A program made the translations under genes and the position numbers. Shown here in pieces: positions 1 through 13,400 of a stretch of DNA of 64,000 bases. Numbering within the stretch: position 1 is the stretch's first letter; each line of letters begins with the position of its first letter. The notes beneath the pieces were generated by a model that worked only from the letters and a program-made list of their open reading frames with translations, did no database searches and was not told the DNA's origin. This DNA is from Vicugna vicugna (taxonomy: Eukaryota), in assembly GCA_013265495.1 (NCBI GenBank), contig MU058482.1, positions 468,962-532,961 of the forward strand. The letters run 5' to 3'.

Positions 1-569
1 TATATATATGTATGAATCACTATGCTGCACACCAGAAATTAACACAACATTGTAAACTGACTATACTTCAATAAAATAAAATAAAATAAAAAATTAAAAT
101 ATTTTAAAATCACCTAGGATAATTAGTATTTTTCTGCAGAAAGTGAGAATCAATATTCATTTTTTCCAAAATGTCTATCTAGTTATACCAATAACATATA
201 AGTAAATCATTTATTTTCCATGTAAACTCACTTTTTAAATGATAAGAATAATGCATATTAATTGTAGAAATTTTGGAAGATAAATATGTAGAAGCAAATC
301 AAAATTGCCTATAATCCCATTACCCAAAGATAACAGCTGTTAACATGCAATAATACTTCTTTCTAGATGTATAGGCACATCTATTGTTACTTTTTTAAAA
401 ATCAGCATAATATCCTTCTTTCATTTTGGCATTCTGCTTCTTTTTCCTTTCACTTAATATTATATCATGAGAATTTTTCATGTTACTAAACATTTGAAAA
501 CATAATTTTAATACTATATCTTCTGGATATACCATAATTTGTCTAACCATTTTCCTCTTAGCATCTAAC

Positions 570-1080
570 CATTAGTATAATTTGTAACAAGCAACAGAAC
601 TCCCAATTCAAATTGACTTATGTAATAGAAGAAATGTATTGACCTGAATACTGAGAGATTCAGAGCCATAGAGACTTAGGTAAGGCATGACCAGTAGCAC
701 AGTGATGATAATAAGGCCATTTTATGGTTCAGCTTCATCCTGAGGTTCACTTTCTCATGACCACAAGGAGTCAACCAGCACCATGATGGACTACATACTT
801 TGTTTTTCATGTCAGGTGGAAGAGAGGGAGCTTCTTTCCCAGAAGCTCTCAGCAAATTTCTACTCCTATATAATTGGCCTCAAATGGCTAAGTAATCATT
901 TCCAACAATCATGTTGGCCAGGCATGTTAGAACACATGGATAGGATGAAGCCAGTTATCTCCTTCTCACCCTCTGAACACTGCAGCTTGGGTGAAATCTA
1001 TCTTACCTAACGCACATGGCTGGGGTGACCTTTAAAAGTGGAAAGACGGGGAATGGATACTGGGAAGACAACAAATGTCT
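570..1080. mobile_element. Old MaLR (MLT1-like) LTR
   Basis: Begins with tttgtaacaagcaacagaactcccaattcaaattgactta...aaatgtattg, typical of MLT1J/K-type LTRs from recall. Confidence 0.55.
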
Positions 1081-1289
1081 ACTATTTTGGGTCTTATACT
1101 GTTTCCAAATTTTTGTTAAAGCAAAAATTCTTGTATATAAAATCATTTCATGGTTCTATGACCACTGTTTTAGGGTAAATTTTCAAAAGTGGAATTAATG
1201 AGTAAATGACTATAAATATTTTAACATATCTTTAAAGGATATAATTCATTATTTTTAATAACATCTTTGACATATAATTCATATACCAT

Positions 1290-3720
1290 ATTATTTACCC
1301 ATTTAAATTACCTGTATAACTCTATTTCTTCCTTCCCCTTTTTGTGCTATTATTATTACACATATTATATCTGCATGTTAGAAACCCAGTATTTGTTATG
1401 ATTATTACTTTATATAATGTTGTCTTTTGATGAAACTTAGAGAAGAAAAGGGTAGGTATATATTTACAGAGGTTGTTGTATTAACCTTCTTACTTACCAT
1501 TTCAGATTCTCTTAATTTGTTCTTGTGCATTTGAGTTACCATCTAGTATCCTTTCTTTATCCAATATACTCTGCTCCCACCCACCTCCTTTGTGCTGTTA
1601 TTGTCAAATATGTTACATTTCTATATTTTACAAATTGGACAATACAACAATATATTGTTTAATATATTTGATTTTACAACCAGTTAAGGGAAGAAAGGAG
1701 AAGAAATATGCATTTATGCTTTTATAATTACATGATTACTTTTACAAGTTCTCTTCATTTTTTCATGTGGATTTTAATTACTGTCCAGGGTCACTTGCTT
1801 TCATTCTGAAAATTTTCCTTTGTCTTTCTTATAGGCAGGTCGACAAACAACAAGTTCAGTTTTTGTTTCTCTGAGGATGTCTTTATCTGACTTTTTTGAA
1901 AGGCTGTCGTGTTAGATAAAGATTCTTGGTTCACAGTTTTTTCATTTTGGGTATTTTGATTAGGTCATCCCTTGCCTCCTGGCTTCCATTTTTTCTGACA
2001 GAAAGTTAGCTGTTAATCTTACTGGGGTTCCCTTGCATGTGATTTATTTTTCTTTTGCTATTTTCAATATTTTGTTTTTGTCTTTCAACAGGTTTATTAT
2101 GATGGTCTGTTTGTGGATCTCTTTGCATTTATCCTAGTTGGAATTCATTAAGCTTCTTGGGTGTGTAGATTAATATTTTCATCAAACTTGAGAATTTTAA
2201 AAAGATTATTTATTTGAATATTTTTTCTTCTCCATTCTCTCACTTCTCCTCTATTTTCACTCCAATTATGCATATGCTGGTGCCCTTAAGTATGCCTCAC
2301 ATTTTCTGAGTCTCTCTTCGTTTTTCTTCACTTTTTTCTCTCTGTTCTTTGTATTGCAAAATCTCTGTCAATCTATCTTCAAATCACTGATTCTTCTGCT
2401 AATTTAAAGCTACCTTTGGGCTTCTTTAGTAAAATTTTCTTTACAGTTATTTCACTTTACAACTTCAGAATTTCCATTTGGTTCCTTTTTTGTACTTTCT
2501 TTTCATTTATATTCTCTATTTGATGAGAACTTGTCATCATAGCTTTCTTTACTTCTTTAATCATGATTTTCTTTGGTTCTCTGAATATATTTATAGTAGC
2601 TGCTACAAAGCCTCTGGTTGCTGTGTCCAATATCTGGGCCCCCTCTTAGGCAGTTTCTGTCACTCTCCCCCACCCCAAACCCCTATGTATAAGTCACACT
2701 TTCCTTTTCTTTACATTTCTTGTAATTTGTTGTTGTTGAAAACTGGACATTTTAGATGATAAAGCAATTCTGGATTCTAATTTCATCCTCTTCATCCAGG
2801 GCTTGTTGTTGTTTGTTTATTTAGTGACTTTGTTAGAGACGGCAGATAGCTAGATATGAGAAGAGAAAGGGGAACACAGTCCAAATGGCAGGAATTGGGC
2901 AAAAAAGGAAAGGGGCATTTAACTGTTGAGTCTGATCTTACCTGTGGACCTGTCATATATGGCCACCACATTCTTTTTTCAGTTAAAGTGAGTTCACTTG
3001 GAGATCTCTGTTCTTAAGAACTGCCTCTACCACTGAGAAAGATCTCAGCCACTGCTTCAGAACTTGGGTGAAGACAGTAGCCAGCTTCTCCTGGGATGAT
3101 TCCTTGGTTTATGAGCAAGGCACTGGGTAGAGCAGTAATCTCTAATCTTCTTGGCTTGCCTCGGTTAGTGTGGAACTCCACCCTACTACCACCCTACAAA
3201 CACACTGGGGTGAGGGTAGTTGGGGCCCCAGTATTCTCAGCCTGCCATGCCTCAGGCAGAGCCTTCACTCAATGAGTGGGAACTAGGTGGAAGAAGGGAG
3301 GCTCTTGGCCACATCTGCCTCAACTTAAGCCTCTACAACATGGAATTTGGAGAGATGAGAAATGCTGGAAGCATGCCCCTCCCAGTGAGATATATAGTCC
3401 TTGGCTGGGATTTGGGGGTGGACAGTGCCCTGTCTTATTGGCAAAACTGCTTGGAATGGACTTTCCATCACACAGTGCTGGGAGGGTTTAGAGAAGGAGC
3501 AGGTCATGGCTCAGTTGCCATGGACTCTTGTTCTTCTTACTGTGATTTAAATAGATTCTCTTGAATAACTATTTCTTCACTTGATGTATGTCCTTGTGAG
3601 AATTTCCAGAAACTGTAAATGTTTGCTTGTTTGTTTGTTTTGTTATTTTTACCAGTTATGGTTGTTTCACTGGAGAGCAGATCTGGAGAGCTTCTTCTGC
3701 CATCATTCTGGAAGTCATCT
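1290..3720 (-). mobile_element. Ancient LINE-1 (L1M-type) fragments, ORF1/5' region
   Basis: T-rich decayed sequence with L1-antisense phrases (e.g. gaaagttagctgttaatctt, gaattcattaagcttcttgg). No intact ORF. Confidence 0.65.
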
Positions 3721-3889
3721 GATATAATTAGTTATTGATAAATTAATCATTAAGATATTTAAGATTATGTATTTTATTAGCGTATTTATTATTTATTGAT
3801 TAATGAATATATTTATCATGTTTAAGTAGGTTTACAGGCACATGGTTAAAAGCATTAAAACTGTATTACAAGAAAAATGTCAGGCTCCA

Positions 3890-4420
3890 TATTAGTTATC
3901 TATTGCTGTCAGTGAATTACTGTAAACTCAGAAGCTTAACACAACACACTTTTTATATCATTTTCTGTATGTCAGAAACCTGAGCATGGTGCATCTGAGT
4001 CCTCTGCTTCAGGGTCTCACAAGACTGCAATCAAGTTCTCAGCCAGGACTGGAGTCTCATCTGAGGCTCAGCTGGGGAAGGATACACTTCTAAGTTAACG
4101 CCATTGTTGCAGGATTCTTTCCTTGTGCTTGTGGAATGCCAGCCAGTTTCATCCTCAGTTCCTAGGCATATGGGTCTTTCTGTAAGGCAGTTTACTTCAT
4201 AAAATCCAGCAAGGGTGAGGTTCTATAGAGGCTGCTAGCAAGATGAAAGTTACAGTCCTGTTTTACATACTCACAGAAGTGACATCCATCACTTTTGTTG
4301 TAGTCTGTTGTCTAGAAACAAGTCACAGATCCTGTCCACACTCCAAGAGGAATGGATTACACATGGGCACGAATATTAAGAGGCAGGGATGATTTGGGAC
4401 CATTTTAGCATCTGTCAGTC
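3890..4420. mobile_element. MaLR (MLT1-like) LTR
   Basis: Starts tattagttatctattgctgt...aattac...aaactcag...ttaa. Includes ctcacaagactgcaatcaag and aagtcacagatcctgtccacactcc, typical MLT motifs. Confidence 0.65.
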
Positions 4421-5667
4421 ACTGCTTCTCACTCCGGATCCCTAGTTCCTACCTTCAGGGGACAGATCCTATTACCTATTCCTTGTGAACCCATCCAGAT
4501 ATTCTATGCATCTATAGGAAATCACCCCCTGTCAATACACACTCAAAATTATAATATCATATTCATCATGCTCAGCAGCCAGATTTTTTTCATTTAACAA
4601 TGTATATGTCTCGAAAAATAGTCCACATTAGTACCTATAGATCTGTTTCGTTCTTTTTTATGACTGCTCTTCCATTGTTTGGATATTCTATCACTTATTT
4701 AACCAGCTCCGACTTTCATGGATATTTAGGTTGTTTCAAGTCTTTTGTTATTGCAGACAATGCTGGAGGACACACATTCCTGACCAAAAAGTATATGCAT
4801 TTAATATATTGATAGCCTTTGTTAAATGGCCTTCCTACAAAGTTGAACCAATTTACGCACTTATCAGCAATGAATTACATCACCTGTTTCTATTCAGTTT
4901 ATGTTCTAGAAATACTGATCTATTTGTATTTCCCAGAGAACACCATGCTTTCTCAAGCCTTTTTTTCTTTGCCCCATACTGTACTCTTTCTTTGCCTGTA
5001 ACATTTTCTTTGTTTACTTTCTTTGAAAACTGAACATTCAAGTTCTCTGCTCAAATGTTAACTTTCTGTGAAGCATTCTTTTGCTTAGGATCCTCAACTC
5101 CTAATAACTCCTCTATTAAGGTATGCATTTATTTTGATTTACAGTATTATAATTATAATAAGATAATTCCTCTCCTTCCCCACTAGAGGGCAGGGACAGA
5201 TTCTTTTCTTTCCTTTTTTCCCCCCTACCACGTAACATCACACCTGGCTTACAGTAACCATCCAAGTATCTGTTGAGTTAATTAAGATGAATCTTAATCC
5301 ACAGTGTATTCCCTACCCCAAGTTCTAGAACTTGGCCAGTCCTTGTAGTGTGTCCTAGCCTAAGGGGTCACTTTGGAATTTTATTATCATCTGAGTTGAC
5401 ATAGTTTGTTGGAGAAAATGAGTGGTCAAAATGGTGCACTAAATCAGTTATGACTTTTCTCAGCCCTCTCGTTTGGTTCTTATAACATTCCCACATGCTT
5501 AGAGGTCATATAGAAGAATGTCATACCCAGTGTAAGAATTTTTATGACAATGTCCATGGTATGGCCCTCTAGCAGACTCAAAACTCAGTTAATTGGGAGC
5601 TCTCTGGCTCACTTGGATGACCATTCCTAACTAATATTAGATGGAAGCCGGCCTCCAGATTAGCTTT

Positions 5668-5830
5668 TTTTTTTTTTTGCTTGAATTTCAAGATTTCTTT
5701 TTCTTTTTCTTTTTTTCCTTATGGAGCAGGGAATTAGGTTTATTTATTTTTAGAGGAGGTACTGAGGAATGAACCCAGGTCCTCATGCATGCTAAGCATG
5801 CACTCTACCACTTGAACTATTCACTCCCCC
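5668..5830 (-). mobile_element. tRNA-derived SINE (camelid Vic-1-like) with target-site duplication
   Basis: Minus strand reads gggggagtgaatagttcaagtggtagagtgcatgcttagcatgcatgaggacctgggttc... with an A-rich tail. Flanked by tccagattagcttt (5654-5667) and tccagcttagcttt (5831-5844). Confidence 0.8.
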
Positions 5831-5943
5831 TCCAGCTTAGCTTTAACCTACTGGTATCTACTCTGGTCTCTGAAGTCACACAGGTCTTTATGGTGATCCT
5901 TTTCATTTCTCAAGTTTTCTCTTCAAGCTAAACAACCATTAGA

Positions 5944-6125
5944 CCATCATTTTTCAATGTGTGGTTAGTGGACCTTTTCCTTCAGGATCAACTTAAGTTT
6001 TTTTTTTTTTTAAGAAAATGAAAATTCCTGAGTCCCATCCCCTAAAAAATGAATCTGCATTTTTAACTTGTATTTTTAATCAATTTACCAAGGAATTCCC
6101 ATGACACTAATGTTTTAGGACCATC
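5944..6125. mobile_element. MER5-like hAT-Charlie MITE, decayed
   Basis: aaaatgaaaattcctgagtcccatccc...gaatctgcatttttaac, the characteristic MER5A core. Confidence 0.5.
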
Positions 6126-6307
6126 ACACTGAACTTTATGAGTCAAGGGACCATGCCACTCTTGTCCACCACTGTAACCCCCACACCTAGCATAATACCT
6201 GGAATATAGTGCTCAATAGTTATTTATTGAATGCATGAATGAATGAATAAATTATTGCAATCAGTCTTGATTATTCCTTCAGAAACCATGTTCTCTTTAT
6301 CTTAGGG

Positions 6308-6550
6308 CAATGGTTCTCAAACTTTCTGGTTTGAGAAAAAAGCTTGCCTTAGAAAATTCCAGAAAACACAAGACTATATAAACAGATTTTCTATTAGCCA
6401 TTAAAATGATGATGTCATCACACTTCCTGTAGCCTCTGGAAATTTCCTCTGTATATTCATAATTGAATGAAAATGAAAAAGGGAAAAAATTTTAGTGTTA
6501 TTTTGAAAATAACTGGACTTCCTGAAAGGATGACCCTTTGTGAACCACTG
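6308..6550. mobile_element. hAT-Charlie-type non-autonomous DNA transposon
   Basis: Terminal inverted repeats caatggttctcaaa ... tttgtgaaccactg. Confidence 0.6.
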
Positions 6551-6559
6551 CTGGAGGGG

Positions 6560-6860
6560 ATGTTTTGGCCACAGAGAGTGTACAGCACAGTTAAATATAT
6601 GAACTCTAGAGAAAGGACTTCTGGACATGAATCGGCTCTTTCACTGAGTAGCTGCTTGACATTAATGTGTGGCATTATTTAACTTGCCTGTGCTTCATTT
6701 TCCTTAACTATATTACGGGGAACATAGTGCCTGCTTTTTAAGGATGTTGTGAGGACTAAGTGAGTTAAAACACTACAAGTCCTTAAGACAAGGTCAAGCG
6801 CACAGTAAGCAAGACAAAAGTACATGTAAATATTATTAGAAATGAGGGTATTATTATTAT
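6560..6860. mobile_element. MIR SINE
   Basis: MIR core: tattttaacttgcctgtgcttcattttcctt...gatgttgtgaggactaagtgagttaa. Confidence 0.65.
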
Positions 6861-7452
6861 TATAAATGCTACATGACTGCTCATAACTGCTGTTTTCTCT
6901 GGCCTCTTCTGAAGGCTTTTTCATAACACAAATCACATTTGTGGCCCATCTGTCCTGCAACCCAGTGGCCAGCTGTCATCAGAGGTCACAGGTTTGTATA
7001 ATAGTTTTCTAATTTCCTCCCTGCATTCTTTTTAAATTCCCTGGCACTGTTTGTTATAATCTATTGCAAAAGGAACTTCTAGCCTGTACCTCTTAATGTG
7101 ATTCTGTTGCATCCCCATTCTCTTTTCTTTGCTTGCCTTTCTCTTTTTGAAAGGTACTTGTCCCCTACAGTGCCATCTCTGACTCTGCTAGTTAGCTATG
7201 CAAGAGACTTTTTTCTTTCTAAGCACCTGCTTACTTGTCTCCCTGAATGTTCTCTTCCTCTTTCATTTTAGTAGTTTCCAGATTGTTTGGTGTTATTTAC
7301 CTTTAAAGCTTTATCCTTTAATTTTTCCCCAACTAAAGGTTTCATTTAACAAGTAAAAAGAATTTTTGGCTCAATATAAGGAAAAAAAATATTTTTCCAT
7401 CTCAACAATCAACTTTCATTTATTCAGTTTGATTGGGAAATGGCATATTTCT

Positions 7453-10400
7453 TTTTTTAATTTTATTTTTTTAATTGGGGTAATATTAATTTGTAAAATG
7501 TATGTTTCACAAGTACAACATTATAATTTGACCTTTGAATACACTACAGTATGTTTTCACCAAAAGTCTAGTTTCTATCCATCACTATACGGTTGACCCT
7601 CTTTACGTATTTCATCCTCCCTCTTAACCCCGTTCCGTTTTGGTAACCACCAATCTGTTCTCTGTATCTATGTGTTTTATTTTGTTTTGTTTGTTTGTTT
7701 TTTCCACATAAGTGAAATCATACAATATTTGTCTTTCTCCATCTGATTTATTTTACTTAGCATAATACTCCCAAGGTCCATCCATGTTGTTACAAATGGA
7801 AAGATTTCATCTTTTTAATGGCTGAGTAGTATTCCATGATATATACATATACCACATCTTCTTTATCCAGTCATCCATCAATAGGCACATAGGTTGTTTC
7901 CATATCTTGGCTATTGTAATTAATGCTGCAATGAACTCAGGGGTGCATATATCTTTTCAATTTAGTGTTTTTGTTTTCTTTGAAAACCCAGAAGTGGAAG
8001 AACATATGGTAGATCTAGTCTTAATTTTTTGAGGAATCTGTATAGTTTTCCATAGTAGCTACACCTGTTAGCATTCCCACCAATAGTGTGTGAGGATTCC
8101 CTTTTCTCCACAACCTCTTGAACACTCGTTATTTTTTGTCTTTTTGATGATAGCCAGTCTAACAGGTGTGAGGTGATATTTCACTGTGGTTTTGATTTGT
8201 ATTTCTCTAATTATTAGTGATGTTGAACACATTTTCATGTGCCTGTTGGCCATCTGTATGTCTTCTTTGGAAAAATGTCTATTCATAGCCTCTGCCCATT
8301 TTTTAATCATGTTGTTTGTTGCTGTTGTTGAGTTGTATGTGTTCTTTACATATATTCAATATTAACCCCTTATCAGATATATGATTTACAAATATCTTCT
8401 CCCATTCAGTAGGTTGTCTTTGTTTTGTTGATGGTTGCCTTTGCTATACAGAAGCTTTTTAGTTTGATGTAGTCCCATTTGTTTATTTTTTAGTTTGTTT
8501 CCCTTACCTGAGAAGATCCATCCAAAAAGACTAGTGTTATAAAGCATATTGCCTATATTTTCTTCTAGGAGTTTTATGATTTCAGGCCTTGCATTCAAGT
8601 CTTTGATGTATTTTGAGTTAATTTTTGTATGGTGTAAGGTAGTGGTCTAGTTTTATTCTTTTTCATGTCACTGTGCAGTTTTCCCAACACCATTTATTAA
8701 AGAGACTTTCCTTTCTCCATTGTACATTCTTGGCTCCTTTGTCCTAAATTAATTGTCCATATATTTGTGGGTTTATTTCTTGGCTCTCAGTTTTTTTCCA
8801 TTGATCTGTGTGTCTGGTTTTCTGCCGATAACATGCTGTTTTGACAACTCTAGCTTTGTAGTATAATTTGAAATCAGGAAATGTGATACTTCCAGATTTG
8901 TTCTTTTTTCTCTGGGTTGCTTTGGCTATTTGAGGTTTTTTTGGTGGTTCCATATAAATTTGAGGATTTAAAAAATTCTATTTCTGTAAAAAATGTTATT
9001 GGGATTTTGATAGGGATTGCATTGAATCTGCAGATTGCTTTAGGTAATATGAACATTTTAACAATGTTAATTTTTCAATCCATCTGCACAAAATATCTTT
9101 CCATTTCTTTGTGTCTTTTTCAGTTTCCTTCAACAATGTCCTATAGTTTTCAGTGTTCAAGTTTTTCACTTCCTTGGTTAAATATATTCCTGCGTATGTC
9201 ATTCTTTTTGTTGCATTTATAAATGGGATTGTTTTCTTAATTTCTCTTTCAGATAGTTCATTGTTAGTGTATGGAAATGGGACTAATTTTTTGTATATAG
9301 ATTTTGCACCCTGCAATTTTACTGTATTCATTTATTATTTCTAATAGTTTTTTTGGTGGCATCTTTAGAGTTTTCTATGTATAAAATCATGTCAACTGCA
9401 AATGGTGGCAGTTTTATTTCTTTCTTTCCAATTTATATTTTTTTTTTATTTCTTTTTCTTGCATAATTGATCTGGCTATAGCTTCCAAAGCTATGTTCAA
9501 TAAAAATAGTGTGAGTGGGCATCCTTGTCTTGCTCCTGATCTTAGAGGGGTAGCTTTCAGTTTTTCACCACTGAGTATGATGCTAGCTGAAGGCTTGTCA
9601 TAAATGACTTGTTTTGTTGAGGTATGCTCCCTCTATACTCAATTTATTGAGAATTTTTATCATTAGTGGATGTTGAATCTTGTCAAATTTTCTACAACTA
9701 TTTTATGTGATTTTTATCCTTCATTTTATTAATGTGATGTATCATGTTGATTGATTTGCAGATGTTGAACCATTCTTGCCTAACCAGAATAAGTCCCACT
9801 TGATTATGGTGTATGATCCTTTAAATGTATGATTGTATTTGGTTTGCTAATATCTTGTTGAAGTTTTTTGCATCTATATTCCTCAGTGATATTGGCCTGT
9901 AATTTTATGTTTTGTGTTGCCCTTGTCTGGTATCAAGGCAATGGAGTTGTAAAATGAGTTAGGAAGCATTGCCTCCTCTTCAAGTTTTTTGGAATAATTT
10001 GAGAAGAATTGGTATTAAGTCTCTTTTGAATGTTTGGTAGAATTCACAGTAAAGCCATGTGGTCCTTGGACTTCTGTTTCTTTTTTTTGGAAGTTTGTGA
10101 TCACTGTTTCAGTCTCCTTACTAGTGATCAGTCTATTCAAATTTTCTTTTTCTTCATAATTCATTCTTGGTTGTACGATTGTATGATTCAAAGAATTTAT
10201 CTATTTCTTTTAGGTTGTCTGATTTGTTATTGTATAACTGTTCATAGTATTCCTTCTTATAGTAATCTTTCATATTTCTGTGGTTTCTGTTATAATTTCT
10301 CTTCTCTTGTTTCTGATTTTGTCTGAGCCTTCTCTCTTTTTTACTTAGTGAGTCTAGCTAAAGATTTGTCAACTTAGTGTGCCTTTTCAAAGAACCAGCT

Positions 10401-13400
10401 CTTAGTTTTATTGATCTTTTCTGTTATCTTTCATTGATCTTTTTTGTTATATTTTTAGTCCCTACTTCATTTATTTCTGCTCTGATTTTTATTATTTACT
10501 TCGTCCTACAGACTTTGGGCTTTATTTGTGCTTTTTCTAGTTTGTTTAGGGGTAAGGTTACATTGAGTTTTGGTTTTGGGTTTGGTGGTTTTTTTTTTTT
10601 TGTCCTTGACAAAAATTATAGGTAATTACAAGCTATTGAATATAATTCCCTGTGCTTTATAGTAGGATTTTCTTTTTATCTACTCTGTATATAGTAGTTT
10701 GTATCGGCTAATCCCATACTCCTAATTTATCCTTCTCCCCACCTCTGCTTTCCCCTTTGGTAACCGTACACTTGTTTTCTATGTCTGGGAGTTTATTTCT
10801 GTTTTATAAATAAGTTCATTTGTGTCATTTTTTTAGATTTCACATAAAAGTGATATTGTGTATTTGTCTTTCTTTTTCTTACTTTGCTTAGTATGATAAT
10901 CTCTAGGTCCATCCATGTTGCTACAAATGCCGTTATTTCACTCTTTTTATGGCTGAGTAGTATTCCATTGTATATATACATATACACCACATCTTCTTTA
11001 TCCATTCATCTATCAATGGACATTTAGGTGGCTTCCATGTCTTGGCTATTGTAAACAGTGTTGCTATGAGCACTGGGGCACATGTATCTTTTCGGACTGG
11101 AGTTTTCACTGGATATTTGCCCAGCAGTGGGGTTTCTGGATCATACGGTTACTCAATTTTTAGTTTTTCAAGGAGTCTCCATTCTGCTTTCCATAGTGGC
11201 TGCACCAAATTACATTCCCACCAGCAGTGTAGGAGGAGTCTCCCTACATTTATCATTTGTGGACTTTTTAATCATGGTTATTCTGACCAGGGTGAAGTGA
11301 TGAGGTAGGCTTGTATTGCCATAAGCTTCTCTCTTAGTACTGCTTTTGCTGCATCCCACAGATTTTGGTATGTCATGTTTTCATTTGTCTTCAGGTATTT
11401 TTTGACTTCTCTTTTGATTTCTTCAGTGACTCAACAGTTTTTTAGTAGTGTGTTGTTCAGTTTCCATATATTTCCAGCTTTTTTTTTGCAGCTGATTTCC
11501 AGTTTCATACTGTTGTATATAGAAATGACATCTGATGTGATTTTAATCTTCTTGAATTTATTGAGAATTGTTTTGTGTTTCAGCATCTAGTCTATCCTTG
11601 AGAATGTTCTATGTGCAATGTGCATTTGAGAAGAATATGTATCCTACTGTTTTTGAATTGAGTATTCTGTATACATCTATTAAGTCTATCTGATCTAATA
11701 TTTCATTTAAGACTGATGTTTCCTTGTTGACTTTCTGTCTGGATAATCTATCCATTGAAGTAAGTGAGATGCCAAAGTCCCCAACTATTATTGTGCTGCT
11801 GTCAACTTTTCCCTATAGGTCTGTTAATAACTGCTTTATATATTTTGGTACTTCTATATTAGGTGCATATATTATATATTAATAAATGTTATGTCTTCTT
11901 GATGGATTATCCCCTTTGTCATTATATAATGTCCATATTTGTCTCTTGTTACCTTTTTTCTTGAAGTCAATTTTGGCTGATATGAGTATTGGTTACACCA
12001 CTTTATTTTGGCTGCCATTTGGTTGGAGTATATTCTTCCATCCCTTCACTTTAAGCCTATGTCTTTCTTTAGAACTGAGATGAGTCTCTTGGAGGCAGCA
12101 CATAGTTGGGTCTTATTTTTTAATCCATCTGGCCACTGTGTCTTTTGTTTGGTGACTTCAATCAATTTGTATTTAGGGTGAGTATTGATAAGTGAGGACT
12201 TAGTCCTGCCATTTAACTTCTGTTTTCTTGTTCCTCTTTATCTCTAGTGTTTCTTTTTCCTTGTGTTTCTGTCTGCCATATTGATTTCGTGGTTTTCTAT
12301 AACATTTTTCTGTTTCCTCTTTTTCATGTTTCTTGTCTCTGCTCCAAAGTTTTGTTTTGTGGTTATCATGAGTTTTGTATAAAACATCTCGTAGATAAAA
12401 TAGACCTTTTTCTGCTGATAGAATCTTGTCTTCATTTGCCTATACAGGTTCTGTCCTTTTAACCTGTTACGATCTTGTTGTCACAAATTAGCTTTTTTTA
12501 TGTTGTGAGTTCACTACCAAATTTGAAGTAGCTATACTTATTTTTAATTCTTTTTTCCCTTTAACTTTTACGCTGTAATTAAATGTTTAACAATGTATTC
12601 TGATACAGAGTTGTAATTTTCTGATTCTGTCTGGCTATTTACCACTTTACTTAGAGTTTTGTGTACTTTTGCCTTTTTGTTTCAGATAGAAGAGCTCCTT
12701 TCAACATTTCTCATAAAAAGGTCTAGTGATGATTAATTCCCTCAGCTTCTGTTTGTCTAGGAAAGCTTTTATTTCTCCCTCATACCTGAATGATAACTAC
12801 TCTGGAAAGAGTATTCTTGGCTGATGGTTTTTATCTTTATTTTGAGTATGTCATTTTGCTCCCTCCTGGCCTGTAGAGTTTTTGCAGAGAAATATGCTGA
12901 CAGCCAAATGGGGATACCTTTGTAGGTTACTGTCTTTTTTTCCCCACTGGCTGCCTTTAAAATTCTTTGTCACTGACTTTTGACAGTTTTAATCTTATAT
13001 GTCTTAGAGAGAGTCTTTTTTGTGTTGATATAATTAGATGTTGTATTAGCTTCATGAACTTATATATCCAGTTCCTTCCTCAGGTTTGGGAGGTTCTCAG
13101 CTATTATTTCTCTAAATAAACTCTACTCCCCTCTTCCTCCCTTCTCCTTCTGGGATACCCATTATCCTTATGTTGCCTTTCCTAATGTAGTTAGCCAGCT
13201 CTCATAGTTTCTCCATTTAAAAAAACTCAGTTCTATCTCCTCTTCTGTGTGAATTTTTTCTAGATTTCTGTCTTTGACCTTCCCTGTGGTCTTCTCCATT
13301 TCCAGTGCTTTCTAATGCATTCTTTATCTTATTTATTGAGTTCTTCAGCTCCAGAATTCCTAATGGTTATTTTTTTAGTTTCAGTCTCTTTGGTAAATAT

